The notes: generated by a model not told the origin, from the letters alone. A DNA stretch of 64,000 nt from an uncultured Methanosarcinales archaeon (GCA_964572875.1 CAZNGE010000003.1:12377-76376), one strand, 5' to 3'; shown: positions 1 to 9,459, numbered from the stretch's first letter. Program-made: numbers and translations.

Positions 1-98
1 AATTTGTCAAAATAAAGAGGCCGGGGAGGGAAACTCTTTTTCAAATCCTAACAAAGTCCTAAAATGAGACAGAATAACAACGCAAGGTCAGTATAGCA

Positions 99-251
99 AT
101 GGTCAAAGGAGTCGATTTCTTCAATTCCCTGGAGCACTTAGAGCCGAGATGCCCGAAGTGCGAGGTCAAGATAGAGTGGGGAGTGAACACAGAGTGGAGC
201 GACAAGCACGACACGCACGTGTGCAAGGAATGCGGGAGTGTTCTGAAGTAG
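99..251 (+). CDS. small zinc-ribbon protein (50 aa)
   Basis: ATG at 99 to TAG at 249-251, 50 codons, below the ORF-track cutoff. The translation MVKGVDFFNSLEHLEPRCPKCEVKIEWGVNTEWSDKHDTHVCKECGSVLK has two CxxC pairs. Confidence 0.4.
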   Translation: MVKGVDFFNSLEHLEPRCPKCEVKIEWGVNTEWSDKHDTHVCKECGSVLK

Positions 252-501
252 ATCCCGGCTTTTTATTCTCTTATGTGCTGTAATCTAACACATCGGATCA
301 ATAGATAAATATATGCCTTCGGCAAGGAATTCTACGTCAGGATTGTTCCACAAAGGCTGAGTTCGTGGTTTTCGCGGAGCAGGGTTCGTGGAGGGCTAGG
401 CCGTGTCTTGGCTTGTTTTACCGTAAAGTATATAAAGGCAGAGAGGCAAATTAATTGATATATTAACTACTGTTTAGTTGTTATTGGTGTTTTGGGGGTA
501 T

Positions 502-2121
502 ATGATGCGTGCTTATTTCCAAGAGCTGAATGCGCTATTGCGGCAGATAAACAAGGCTGTAGTAGAGTATGACCTGTGCAGGCTGGACCCTAAGAGCGAG
601 AACGAGTACAGGGGCAGGATGATCCAGAAGCTGACCGAGCTTGAGGCAGAGAACATGCGCCAGGGCCTTGAGACCCTGATAGAGGATGGATTCAAGCGCC
701 TGCACTATGTAAAGTCTGTGGCAGACAGGTATGTCAACTCATTGTCAACAGAATCTGCGCAGGACATAATCGATGCAGCCAGGACCGCGGTAGATGAGGC
801 CGGGCTTCTTGAGATGGGATTCAGCCATCTGCAGCGGCTCAAGAAACAGATAATACGGCATCAGCAGAGCATACACATGCAGAATGTCAGGCAGCTCAAG
901 ACACTCGTGAATGTCTCACGCGGGCTCATCTCTCCTGGTGGGATGGTGGAAGAAGAGGAACTCCAGCAGGAGAAACAGGACTGCTGCATGGAGCTTGTAG
1001 ATATGCTCAATGAGGACAATCCAGACCATTCCCTGGACTACCTTCTCAAGTCGAGCAGGCTATGCTTTGATTTCAGGGACCCTGACAGGTTCGCCATACT
1101 CGTGGAAGCGCTCGAGAAGAAGATATTCGGATGGTGCATAACGCCCAGCATAGACGTGCGGGAAGAGGAGGATACCAATGGTTTCGACCCTGACATGTAT
1201 GATTACGTAAGACTGCTGCACCAGATGGAAGAGATGGGGTTCAGGTTCGCGTCAGTGCAGAAGAGCTGGGAAGGCCTGCTAGTATCAGTCTTCCTCACAG
1301 ATGACCCTAACGAGACGATCCGCGATTCACAGGATACACTCGAGCACATACGCGCGAACATAGGGAGCAAGGACCTTCTCGGCCTGATACGGGAAAATAA
1401 GCTCGACCTCGGCAGGCACATGCGCGAGATATCGCTCAAGGGCCCAAGGCATCTGGAGCTCGTGAACACCTACATCAAGAGACTCACAAGGGAGATACAG
1501 GGCAGGGTGTTCGGCAAGAGCCTGCCTCTCGCCAAGCAAGACCCTGCGGACAGGTACATCTTTGTTGCAGAGCCGCGGAAGTTCGTGGAATGCAGCAAGC
1601 ATCTAATGGCCCAGTTCGGCTTCCCAAAACCAGACCTGGAGATGATGGCAGACAAGGTATACGGGATAATGTCCACCTATACCCAGCACAGGATACCACC
1701 AGTCAGATACACAGGACGGATCAAAGGCTATGAAGACGTCGGCAGGCTATACATCGCAAACAGGTTCTGGGTGATAGACTTCTATGAGAGCAGAGAGAAC
1801 ATACCGTCAGCGTTGTGGGATGCATACACCTATGGAAGCCGCGATGACAGCCGGTTCGAAGAGATGCTGCAGAAGGCAGAACTGCCTGTTGGTGCAGGCC
1901 ATGTCAGGCAAGCATACCACGTGATATTCTCAGAAGACTTCAGATACTCCAAGAGGGTTGCTGCAAGGGACAGGTCAGGCAGGAAGGCTGTCCATGTGAC
2001 TCCGGTAGGGCTGGAAGAGCCGACGCACCAGGAGATAAACAGCTTCGTGAGCAGGAATCCAGGGAACTCCCTGATGACACAGGACGAGTTCCTGAAGATA
2101 AGGGACCAGATCTTCCGCTGA
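502..2121 (+). CDS. hypothetical protein
   Basis: ORF-track frame 478..2121. I prefer the ATG at 502, which follows a GGGGG run at 494-498. It is a long open frame with the same purine-rich coding bias as its neighbours. No family recognised. Confidence 0.7.
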   Translation: MMRAYFQELNALLRQINKAVVEYDLCRLDPKSENEYRGRMIQKLTELEAENMRQGLETLIEDGFKRLHYVKSVADRYVNSLSTESAQDIIDAARTAVDEAGLLEMGFSHLQRLKKQIIRHQQSIHMQNVRQLKTLVNVSRGLISPGGMVEEEELQQEKQDCCMELVDMLNEDNPDHSLDYLLKSSRLCFDFRDPDRFAILVEALEKKIFGWCITPSIDVREEEDTNGFDPDMYDYVRLLHQMEEMGFRFASVQKSWEGLLVSVFLTDDPNETIRDSQDTLEHIRANIGSKDLLGLIRENKLDLGRHMREISLKGPRHLELVNTYIKRLTREIQGRVFGKSLPLAKQDPADRYIFVAEPRKFVECSKHLMAQFGFPKPDLEMMADKVYGIMSTYTQHRIPPVRYTGRIKGYEDVGRLYIANRFWVIDFYESRENIPSALWDAYTYGSRDDSRFEEMLQKAELPVGAGHVRQAYHVIFSEDFRYSKRVAARDRSGRKAVHVTPVGLEEPTHQEINSFVSRNPGNSLMTQDEFLKIRDQIFR

Positions 2122-2523
2122 TCACTCGGCAGGTCCGCCTTTCTCCTTCATCTTCTTCGTGATAGGTATCTTCGCGCTGCACTTGCCGCACTGGAACACT
2201 ATCGCATCCATGCCCTGGAACTTCCTCCTCTTGAAAGGCACCTCTGCCTCGCCCTCATTGCCGCACTCAGGGCAGGTATACTTCACGCTGCACGTGAGGG
2301 TCTCCTCATGCGCCTTCTTCTCGACAGTGAAGCCGCACTCAGGGCAGACATACTCCTTCGCCCTTATCTTCACCTTGCCTGTCTTGGCGTCCACAGGCTT
2401 GCCCATCATGCCCTTGTTGCACTTCGGGCACGCTCCCTTGAACACCCACGCCCGCACATTGCCCTTGCCTATCTCCCTCTGGGTGAAATAGATCAGCTCG
2501 TCCATACTCTCAGGTTCTCTCAC
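2122..2523 (-). CDS. double zinc-ribbon protein
   Basis: Four CxxC pairs (CPKC, CPEC, CPEC, CGKC). GAGGTG lies 9 nt upstream of the GTG start. It follows the upstream minus-strand gene closely, consistent with an operon. Confidence 0.6.
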   Translation of the reverse strand: MREPESMDELIYFTQREIGKGNVRAWVFKGACPKCNKGMMGKPVDAKTGKVKIRAKEYVCPECGFTVEKKAHEETLTCSVKYTCPECGNEGEAEVPFKRRKFQGMDAIVFQCGKCSAKIPITKKMKEKGGPAE

Positions 2524-2539
2524 GATTTTTCACACCTCT

Positions 2540-3436
2540 TTACTCCTCTTTCCTGTCGATCCTCTTGAGCTCGATGCTTATCGCGTCCTCATCGAGCCTT
2601 GTGTATTCAGGGCACCCGACATAATCAAATCCTTTCTCCTCGCAATAGCCCACCAATGATTCCTTCTCCTTCTCGCTCATGTATCGCACGACCACGTTGA
2701 TGCCGCGCAGGTCCTCATGGATTATCTTCAGGCCAGGGAAGCGCTCCTTCAGCTCCTGCTTTACAGCCTCTGCGTCCTTCACCAAGTCCTTTATGCGCTT
2801 CTTTGCGGATTTCAGCTTGCTGAGAAGAACATCATATTTGGGGTAATGGTTTGTCGTGGAGAATATATCCTTCGCCTCCCTGAAATACTCATCTTTCCTC
2901 ACGCTGATGAACCCGCCATACTCGACATTGATGGGCTTCCACCTGCCGAAGCTCGCCACTATGATGTCAGAATAAGCCCCGTCGCAGAGCACCTCATCGC
3001 CGACAGCTCCAGACGCGTCCTCTATGACCAGGCAGTTGTTCTTCCTGCAGAGCTTGGATATGTAGCTCATGGGCTGCTCAGCAAAATAGCCTGCGAAGCT
3101 CGTGACCAGCAGGGCAGCGCCGGACTCTGCCTTCTTCTCAAGGTCGATAAGGTCGATCAGGCCGCGATTTGTCTTGACTGTGCGGACATCAAAGCCCAGC
3201 ATCTTGGGATATGTCTTGAACGATATCCACCCTCCCTGGTCAGGTATGAGAATGAAAGGCTTAGGATTTATCTTTTTCACTATGTACAAAGCGCAGAAGA
3301 TGGCTGCGTTGCCGCGATGCACGAGCCGGACATGCTTGTGCCCTGTAAAGCCTGAAAGAAGCTTCAGCACCTCATGGTTCTCTTTCATCAGGTTCTGGAG
3401 ATCCTTCTCAGCCATGCCATTCGGGGGCTTTTTCAT
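2540..3436 (-). CDS. PLP-dependent aminotransferase-fold protein (DegT/AHBA-synthase-like), tentative
   Basis: LVIEDASGAVG and IVASFGRWKPINVEYGGFI resemble the DegT-type Asp and Schiff-base Lys segments. At 298 aa it is shorter than typical family members. Confidence 0.45.
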   Translation of the reverse strand: MKKPPNGMAEKDLQNLMKENHEVLKLLSGFTGHKHVRLVHRGNAAIFCALYIVKKINPKPFILIPDQGGWISFKTYPKMLGFDVRTVKTNRGLIDLIDLEKKAESGAALLVTSFAGYFAEQPMSYISKLCRKNNCLVIEDASGAVGDEVLCDGAYSDIIVASFGRWKPINVEYGGFISVRKDEYFREAKDIFSTTNHYPKYDVLLSKLKSAKKRIKDLVKDAEAVKQELKERFPGLKIIHEDLRGINVVVRYMSEKEKESLVGYCEEKGFDYVGCPEYTRLDEDAISIELKRIDRKEE

Positions 3437-3457
3437 GCAGCAGGATTAGGCGGGTGG

Positions 3458-3467
3458 TTATTTAAAG
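3458..3467. promoter_or_regulatory. TATA-like box between divergent genes
   Basis: TTATTTAAAG sits in the 80-nt gap between the minus-strand start at 3436 and the plus-strand ATG at 3517. Confidence 0.4.
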
Positions 3468-3516
3468 TTTTCGAGTGCAGAAAACATTAATAAATACCCC
3501 CTCAAAACCTCACTAT

Positions 3517-4056
3517 ATGGACTCTGGAAAGTTCTATGATGAGATAGCAGACGGGTATGATGAGCTCCACATGGGAGAGCAGCTCAGGAAGATGACTGCG
3601 ATAATAGCTGCGATGGGCGAGTACATCCCTAAGAAGCCTGAGAAGCTGCTCGATGTAGGGTGCGGGAGCGGGATATCCACTTCTGTATGGAGCTGCGACT
3701 GCACAGGCATAGATCCCAGCGACAACCTGATAGCGGTCGCGAAGAAGAACCATCCCAAATTGAGGTTCTATGTGGGCAGGGCAGAGGAGCTGCCTTTCCC
3801 TGACAAGTCATTCGACGTAGTGATATGCATAACAGCGGTACACAACTTCCATGACATACGCAGGGGCATCGAGGAGATGAAGAGGGTCGGCAAGGACAGG
3901 TTCGTGATAACCGTCCTGCGCAAGTCAAATAAGATAGAGGAGATAGAGAAGCTCATCATACTCAACTTCAAGGTCAAGAAGATAGTCATGGAAGACAAGG
4001 ACCTCATATTCATCTGCAGGAGCAGGGAGTGGGGGAAGAAAAAGACAGAAAAGTAG
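3517..4056 (+). CDS. class I SAM-dependent methyltransferase
   Basis: LLDVGCGSGIST is a SAM-binding motif I, and the acidic and hydrophobic motifs II/III follow (FDVVICITAVHNF). ATG at 3517 is preferred over GTG at 3475. Confidence 0.75.
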   Translation: MDSGKFYDEIADGYDELHMGEQLRKMTAIIAAMGEYIPKKPEKLLDVGCGSGISTSVWSCDCTGIDPSDNLIAVAKKNHPKLRFYVGRAEELPFPDKSFDVVICITAVHNFHDIRRGIEEMKRVGKDRFVITVLRKSNKIEEIEKLIILNFKVKKIVMEDKDLIFICRSREWGKKKTEK

Positions 4057-4080
4057 GTTTAGTACCTGAGCTCCCTTGCC

Positions 4081-4183
4081 GTGCCTATGCCACGCTCGTT
4101 GTCTATTCATCGTATGATCTATTTCGCCCAGCTGCGTTGATTACTGCATATATTCCTGTCAACGCGCTAGGTGGCATCGGCAC
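4081..4183. repeat. intergenic structured hairpin element, family copy A
   Basis: The closing stem is GTGCCTATGCCAC (4081-4093) with GTGGCATCGGCAC (4171-4183), pairing at 12 of 13 positions. The interior shares GCCCAGCTGCG and CGCTAG with copy B at 54937-55045. Confidence 0.55.
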
Positions 4184-4247
4184 TTGCATAGGCGGCTGTG
4201 GCACTCGAACAGCGGTATGGCTTGGAGGTGCTAGAATTACAATAAAG

Positions 4248-4258
4248 CTTTTAAATAC
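4248..4258 (+). promoter_or_regulatory. TATA box
   Basis: CTTTTAAATAC lies about 75 nt upstream of the ATG at 4332. The same TTTAAATAC word precedes several other genes in the window. Confidence 0.5.
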
Positions 4259-4283
4259 CTGAATCCTGCCATCATATATAATA

Positions 4284-4322
4284 ATATCATGTTATGATAT
4301 CATGTCATAATATCGTGCTAAA
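4284..4322 (+). repeat. three tandem 13-nt repeats between TATA box and RBS
   Basis: The units are ATATCATGTTATG, ATATCATGTCATA and ATATCGTGCTAAA, head to tail. The array ends at the AAGAGGTG ribosome-binding site. Confidence 0.6.
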
Positions 4323-4331
4323 GAGGTGCAT

Positions 4332-5138
4332 ATGATGAAAGGGTCTGTCAAGGAATCTATGAAGGAAACCCTGCCGTTCTTCAGGACTATCTGGCTCGCG
4401 CTCAACCCCTGGAGGTATGATGAGGCCAGGGAGACAGGGACAGGCAAGGTGTTCAAGTACTTCTTCTCGTTCGTGTTCCTCGCTTTTGTCATCGCTGTAT
4501 TGCTGATGCTGCCTGCGATAGGGAGCATAGTCAGCGAACAGCTGGACAATTTCAAGACACTGACAGTCAGCGTAGATACAGAGATGGAGAAGCCGGTCGT
4601 GTTTCCTGAGAAACGGCCATACATAATCATAGACACGAGAGAGCCTGAAGCCATGCTCAAGGAAGGCAAGATACTTATAACAGGCGATAACATGTATACA
4701 AAAGGCCTGACCGGCAAGGTCGATAAGCACCCGCTGGGGCCTTACAAGGACCTTCTTGCTAATGAGGTCGTACTCATAATCGCTATACTGCTAATGCTGC
4801 CATCGCTGCTGTTCCTGTTCTACATCGGATACGCGATAAAGCTGCTGCTCGTAGCGCTGCTGGCTGCGGTGCTGGGCTTCATCATCGGGAGAATAATCAA
4901 GTTCGAGCTCCTGTTCAAGGATGCCCTCAAGACAGGGCTGCTCGCGGCTACGCCCATGATAATCATCGATGTGATACGCATGCCGTTCGGCCTGAACGTC
5001 TATGGAGCAGAGTACATAGCGTTCGCGATATTCTTCATAGTCGGCGCGATAAAGATAGGTGATTTCGAAGGCGGCGGCAGGCGAAGGAGCAGGAAGCCAG
5101 GCAAAGGCAGGTATATCGACCTTACAAAGAAAGCGTGA
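4332..5138 (+). CDS. integral membrane protein
   Basis: Several long hydrophobic segments (FFSFVFLAFVIAVLLMLPAIG, VVLIIAILLMLPSLLFLFYIGYAIKLLLVALLAAVLGFIIG) and a basic C-terminus. RBS AAGAGGTG. Confidence 0.7.
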   Translation: MMKGSVKESMKETLPFFRTIWLALNPWRYDEARETGTGKVFKYFFSFVFLAFVIAVLLMLPAIGSIVSEQLDNFKTLTVSVDTEMEKPVVFPEKRPYIIIDTREPEAMLKEGKILITGDNMYTKGLTGKVDKHPLGPYKDLLANEVVLIIAILLMLPSLLFLFYIGYAIKLLLVALLAAVLGFIIGRIIKFELLFKDALKTGLLAATPMIIIDVIRMPFGLNVYGAEYIAFAIFFIVGAIKIGDFEGGGRRRSRKPGKGRYIDLTKKA

Positions 5139-5170
5139 GAGAGCCATAATGACTGATGTGAGGAGATAAG

Positions 5171-5659
5171 ATGGACAACGTATACCCGAACCAGGCCGTG
5201 CTCATCAGCACGAGAGGGAACGCAGAAGTGATGGGAAAACAGGTGTCAAAGGACAACATCATGACAGCCGCGTGGCACTGCCCGCTCAGCTTCGAGCCCC
5301 AGCTGTACGGAATAAGCATAGGCAAGACAAGGTTCTCGCGCAAGCTCATCGAGGACAGCAAGGTATTCGCAGTGAATTTCATACCTTATGACATGAAGAA
5401 GCAAGCCCTGTACTGCGGGCAGGCAAGCGGCGCGGACACAGACAAGTTCGACAAGTCCGGCCTGACAAAGGAAGAATGTGAGGCGATAGACTGCTGTAAG
5501 GTGGGAGAGGCGGTCGCCCAGCTGGAATGCGAGGTCATAGACTCGTTCGAGGTCGGGGACCACATATTCTTTGTCGGCAAGATACTCAAGAATACAGCCA
5601 AGGAAGCCAAGAAGCGCCTCCTCTACCGAGGAGACGGCGAATTCACATCAACATCGTGA
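5171..5659 (+). CDS. flavin reductase-like (FMN-binding split-barrel) protein
   Basis: NIMTAAWHCPLSFEPQLYGISIGKTRFSRKLIEDSKVFAVNFIP and GDHIFFVGKI match the flavin_reductase-like domain pattern. Confidence 0.6.
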   Translation: MDNVYPNQAVLISTRGNAEVMGKQVSKDNIMTAAWHCPLSFEPQLYGISIGKTRFSRKLIEDSKVFAVNFIPYDMKKQALYCGQASGADTDKFDKSGLTKEECEAIDCCKVGEAVAQLECEVIDSFEVGDHIFFVGKILKNTAKEAKKRLLYRGDGEFTSTS

Positions 5660-5676
5660 TCAGGAAGTGCAACCTC

Positions 5677-6696
5677 ATGAACCGGAAAGAGAAAGACCAA
5701 TACACCAAGCTCATCAGCCTGGAGGTAAACTCGTATCTCGACAAGATATACAAGACCATGAAAAGCCAGGTAAAGCTCAGGCCAGTAAGCATAATGCCTG
5801 AAGACATAATATTCAGGAACGCATCCTTCGGCTCCACAAAGGCCTGGGAGTTCAGGCTCAACAGGAAAGAGGAAGTGGCGCGAGGGGAGGTCGGCAGCAT
5901 AGTCATGGCGACCGCAGGCATCGACAAGAGCGTGGTGAGGAAGCAGAGGGCGTTGTTTATAGCGGCAGAGTTCTATGTCTACCACGCGTTCGCGAACCAC
6001 AAGGACCCTTCATACTTCGATTCCATAAAAGGACAGAACCAGTACGGCGACATGGTGCGGAAGCTATTCGGCAGGCGGTCTGCACATGAGATAAGGGACC
6101 ATGCTGTGCAGTACGTGATAGAGGATATAAGGGAGCACGCGCTCGCGCACCTCCGCGCGCACGGCTGGTTCGTCAGCCTCACGAAGCTGAACAGGCACTA
6201 CCCCGACATCGCGAAGATAGTCGGAAGCTCAGAGAAGACGTTCAAGGAGATATTCAGGAAACAGCACCAGAAATTCACGCACAGCATGCTCAAGCAGGAA
6301 GAGGACCTTGTCAGGAAAGAGATCGAGGACATAGACCACCTAATTAAAATGCTCAAATCGCGCGAAGATACAGTCAAGATGGCGCAACTGCGCAAGATGA
6401 TACGCCTGCACCTGGCAAACCTCAGGACATTCAGGAAGACGCTGGACAGCATACACGGCAACCTGGACAGATGGGTGCTCGTTGACAAGAAAGAGCACGC
6501 GTTGATGCGCAAGAGAAAACACATACCGCGCGAGGAGCTGCACGACATCCTCGCAGAAGAGGCGCGCGCAGAGAAGATAGACATAAACAGGGTGCACCTT
6601 GTGTTCAATTATTTTGAAAAGGAAAAGATTAATATACTAAATGACCTAGAAATGGTCGATAAGATGAGTGCGTCTGCACGGAAAAAGAGGCGTTAG
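5677..6696 (+). CDS. hypothetical protein
   Basis: The ORF-track frame starts at 5527, but its first 50 codons overlap the preceding gene. ATG at 5677 (MNRKEKDQ) comes just after that gene's stop. No family recognised. Confidence 0.65.
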   Translation: MNRKEKDQYTKLISLEVNSYLDKIYKTMKSQVKLRPVSIMPEDIIFRNASFGSTKAWEFRLNRKEEVARGEVGSIVMATAGIDKSVVRKQRALFIAAEFYVYHAFANHKDPSYFDSIKGQNQYGDMVRKLFGRRSAHEIRDHAVQYVIEDIREHALAHLRAHGWFVSLTKLNRHYPDIAKIVGSSEKTFKEIFRKQHQKFTHSMLKQEEDLVRKEIEDIDHLIKMLKSREDTVKMAQLRKMIRLHLANLRTFRKTLDSIHGNLDRWVLVDKKEHALMRKRKHIPREELHDILAEEARAEKIDINRVHLVFNYFEKEKINILNDLEMVDKMSASARKKRR

Positions 6697-6766
6697 TGTC
6701 TTATTTATAAATTGTTTATAAATAAAAATAAGAGGCATTACCAGACATGTAGATGAGGTGTTCATT

Positions 6767-7387
6767 ATGGATGATATTTCTAAACTCCAGAAGATAAACC
6801 AGGTGGCGCGCGAGCTCATGAAGCACGGCCAGGCACAGTCAATGGACGAGGCGGTCAAGAAAGCAACGGCACAGGTCGAAGGGGGAAGCGTGCTCCAGCA
6901 GGCACCAGTGCAGCCGGCTGTCGAGATGCCTGAAGCGCCTGAGCCTGAAGAGGAGCAGACACATGAAGATGACCAGATGTCAGAGGGCACTCCCGAACCA
7001 GAGCCTGCAGCGCAGGTAGAGATGCCGCGCATGGAAGGCGGTGCTGACATGTCAAGGATAATAGACCAGCAGCAGAGCATAATAAGCAGCATGACGAACG
7101 CTGTCAATGCTCATTCCAGGCAGATGGACGACATGAACAACAAGATCAACGGACTCATAGCAGAGCTGACATCCATGAAGTCAGAGCTGCAGACGATGAA
7201 AGAGAGCCCTGTCAGCCCTCCGATGAAGAAGAGGGATGCAGAGCACGGGCAGACGCAGTTCAAGCAGGAAGCGGCGCAGCCGGCAGAAGGTGAGAAGAAA
7301 CCTAAAGGCGAAGGGCATGCGCGCACAGGAAACTATAACCCTGACGATGTGTCAATAGAGAAGTTCTTCTATTATGGCGGGAAGTGA
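6767..7387 (+). CDS. hypothetical acidic / coiled-coil protein
   Basis: ATG at 6767 lies 6 nt after GAGGTG. There is a Pro/Glu-rich acidic middle and a heptad-like segment (NNKINGLIAELTSMKSELQTMK). Confidence 0.6.
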   Translation: MDDISKLQKINQVARELMKHGQAQSMDEAVKKATAQVEGGSVLQQAPVQPAVEMPEAPEPEEEQTHEDDQMSEGTPEPEPAAQVEMPRMEGGADMSRIIDQQQSIISSMTNAVNAHSRQMDDMNNKINGLIAELTSMKSELQTMKESPVSPPMKKRDAEHGQTQFKQEAAQPAEGEKKPKGEGHARTGNYNPDDVSIEKFFYYGGK

Positions 7388-7425
7388 ACAAAGAAAAAAA
7401 ATTCTAAAATAATTTTTATCTTTCT

Positions 7426-8991
7426 CTATTTATGATGCTCAGTGTGGTGAGCATCATGATGCTCCTTGTGCTCGTGATGAGACTCGTGGGCTGGCTTGTG
7501 CGGCTTTGGAGGAACAGGCTTTCCCCTGGAAACCTGCTCATCTGTGGCGACTGACACCTCATTCGAGCGCGACTTCTTCTTGCCCTTCTTTGTCGAGAAC
7601 TCGGCCACAGTAGGCTTGATGGTCACGGTGCCGAACAGGTGCAGCTTGGCATAAACCTTATACGTTATGATGCGCGTGTCGCCTGGAGACAGCTCGCCGA
7701 ACCTGTACTCAAGCAATGTACCCTCATGGTCGTGCTCGTGCATCTTCACAGGATGCATCGAACCCTCGAAAGAGTCCTTCTTGAGCTTCACCATCTTGGT
7801 GATGCGCTCAACAATCCTGATGTTGGATATCGGCTCTTTGCCCCTGTTCTTCAGGAAGATGACGACAGACAGGTCGGAGATCGCCCCGCCATGCTCCTTA
7901 TGCACGGACTTGACCTTCTTCCTGACTATCAACGGGTTCGCAAGCGCCAGCTTGTAGACTATGAATGCTATTATGATCAGCGCGATAAGCAGCAGCAGCC
8001 TGTAGCTCGTCTTCATGTGGATCTCGGTGGATTCCTCAGGGTTCAGGGATACGCCCCACGCGAAATAGTACTTGCCGGCCTCTTTCACGATCTGGAACTT
8101 TGGTGTTGAAGAGCTGAAGAAGCGTTCCTTCAAGGACGTCTCGAGCCTGACAGTGTCAGACTTCTTCGCATTGCCGTCGTTGGTGATGGTTATCACGCGG
8201 TCCTGCCTCAGGAACTTCCTGTCTACATCAATGCTCGTCTTGAAAGGAGGCACGTACTCGACGACCTCGAAGTTATGGTCGCTGGAATGGAACTCCTCAC
8301 CCTCATAATCCACAGTCGCGTGGAGCTGGTCCTGCTGAGGCTTGATGTTGTCCATGAGAATGACTGCGAAAGAGACGCTCTTGGTCTCCCCTGGCTGGAC
8401 AGTCACGTTAGTCTCCTCACTCAGGATCTTGCTGGCGATCTTGACATGCACATCCTCGAGAAGCCTCTCGTTATTGTTCTTGATATTGACTATCACATTG
8501 TACGCCCCTCTAGGATCCATCTGCGCAGGGACAGAGACATCAACATCGAAGTCAGGCCTCGGAGCATCACCAGGAGCGGTCTCGCCGACCCTGATGTGCA
8601 TCACGTTCTCGATGATATTCTTTGATGATAATGACTGGACGCTCACCTTAACGCTATAGATGCCCTTCGGGACATTTCCCTTGACAAGGACGTGGATCTT
8701 GCCTTTCTCACCTGGTGCGACAGTGATCTGCTTGTCAAGAGGGCCTGGAAGGACCTGGTAGGACCATTTCGGGTCCTCAAGATACAAGAGCTTGTAGGTG
8801 TCTGGCTCAGGACCCTTGTTCTCAACGACTATGTAGAAGTCTGCATGATTCTCTTTAGGGTCCATAATGACATCGTTGACCGCATCTGTAGTAACGAAAA
8901 ACGTCGGAGCGGCTATGACCTGGGCGAAGACAGCCGCGCTCAGCAGCAGGAAAACTCCCAAGAATAGAACTAAAGCTCTTTTTTTCATCAT
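7426..8991 (-). CDS. secreted, membrane-anchored protein with His-rich C-terminal tail
   Basis: ATG at 8991 after GAGGTG. Signal-like MMKKRALVLFLGVFLLLSAAVFA, an internal TM (LLLLIALIIIAFIVYKLAL), and the tail KPHKPAHESHHEHKEHHDAHHTEHHK. Confidence 0.7.
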   Translation of the reverse strand: MMKKRALVLFLGVFLLLSAAVFAQVIAAPTFFVTTDAVNDVIMDPKENHADFYIVVENKGPEPDTYKLLYLEDPKWSYQVLPGPLDKQITVAPGEKGKIHVLVKGNVPKGIYSVKVSVQSLSSKNIIENVMHIRVGETAPGDAPRPDFDVDVSVPAQMDPRGAYNVIVNIKNNNERLLEDVHVKIASKILSEETNVTVQPGETKSVSFAVILMDNIKPQQDQLHATVDYEGEEFHSSDHNFEVVEYVPPFKTSIDVDRKFLRQDRVITITNDGNAKKSDTVRLETSLKERFFSSSTPKFQIVKEAGKYYFAWGVSLNPEESTEIHMKTSYRLLLLIALIIIAFIVYKLALANPLIVRKKVKSVHKEHGGAISDLSVVIFLKNRGKEPISNIRIVERITKMVKLKKDSFEGSMHPVKMHEHDHEGTLLEYRFGELSPGDTRIITYKVYAKLHLFGTVTIKPTVAEFSTKKGKKKSRSNEVSVATDEQVSRGKPVPPKPHKPAHESHHEHKEHHDAHHTEHHK

Positions 8992-9096
8992 AAGCACCTC
9001 TATAGCGATACCCATTAGTCAGTGAATATCTTTTATAAAGGTTTCGTTTTACATCTTTACTAAGCCCGTACTTTTCCAGCCCTGAAATTGAGAAAA

Positions 9097-9106
9097 CTTT
9101 AAATAC
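9097..9106 (+). promoter_or_regulatory. TATA box
   Basis: CTTTAAATAC lies about 40 nt upstream of the ATG at 9145. Confidence 0.5.
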
Positions 9107-9144
9107 TCAGCAACCCAATCGACAGTCCAATAGGTGCTATAAAG

Positions 9145-9459
9145 ATGCCGAAAGAGCAGAAGAAAATTGACATACCCTCACCAGAAGAGGTGCCTCCGGA
9201 CAAGCTCAGCACACTGAGCAGGAAGTTCCTGGACTGGAAGACCGGCATGGTCATAGTCATCGGTGTATTGCTCGTGTTCACATTCCTCAATGTCCTGATA
9301 TCAAACCCAACTATCAGCGGATACGCAGTAGTAGACGCTTCAACGCAGGACACTGCAAGGTTCTCAAACATGACATCCATACTCGTTGTCGTGTTCGCGT
9401 TCTTCGGACTCTTCCTGTTCGTGATAACGCACAGGCTGGGAGACAGGGGAAGAGGGTAA
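9145..9459 (+). CDS. small membrane protein
   Basis: Two hydrophobic helices (MVIVIGVLLVFTFLNVLI, ILVVVFAFFGLFLFVI). A T-rich tract follows the stop. Confidence 0.5.
   Translation: MPKEQKKIDIPSPEEVPPDKLSTLSRKFLDWKTGMVIVIGVLLVFTFLNVLISNPTISGYAVVDASTQDTARFSNMTSILVVVFAFFGLFLFVITHRLGDRGRG

Noticed and set aside
252-477. Possible ncRNA in the 225-nt gap (repeated GTTCGTGG words, GC-rich patch)
   Set aside because: No convincing helices or known RNA motifs were found. It is probably promoter or leader sequence for the 502 gene (TATA-like GTATATAAAGG at about 428-438).
5527-5676. N-terminal extension of the 5527..6696 ORF
   Set aside because: It overlaps the 3' third of the flavin-reductase-like gene in another frame and is Arg-rich. 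The ATG at 5677 follows that gene's stop.
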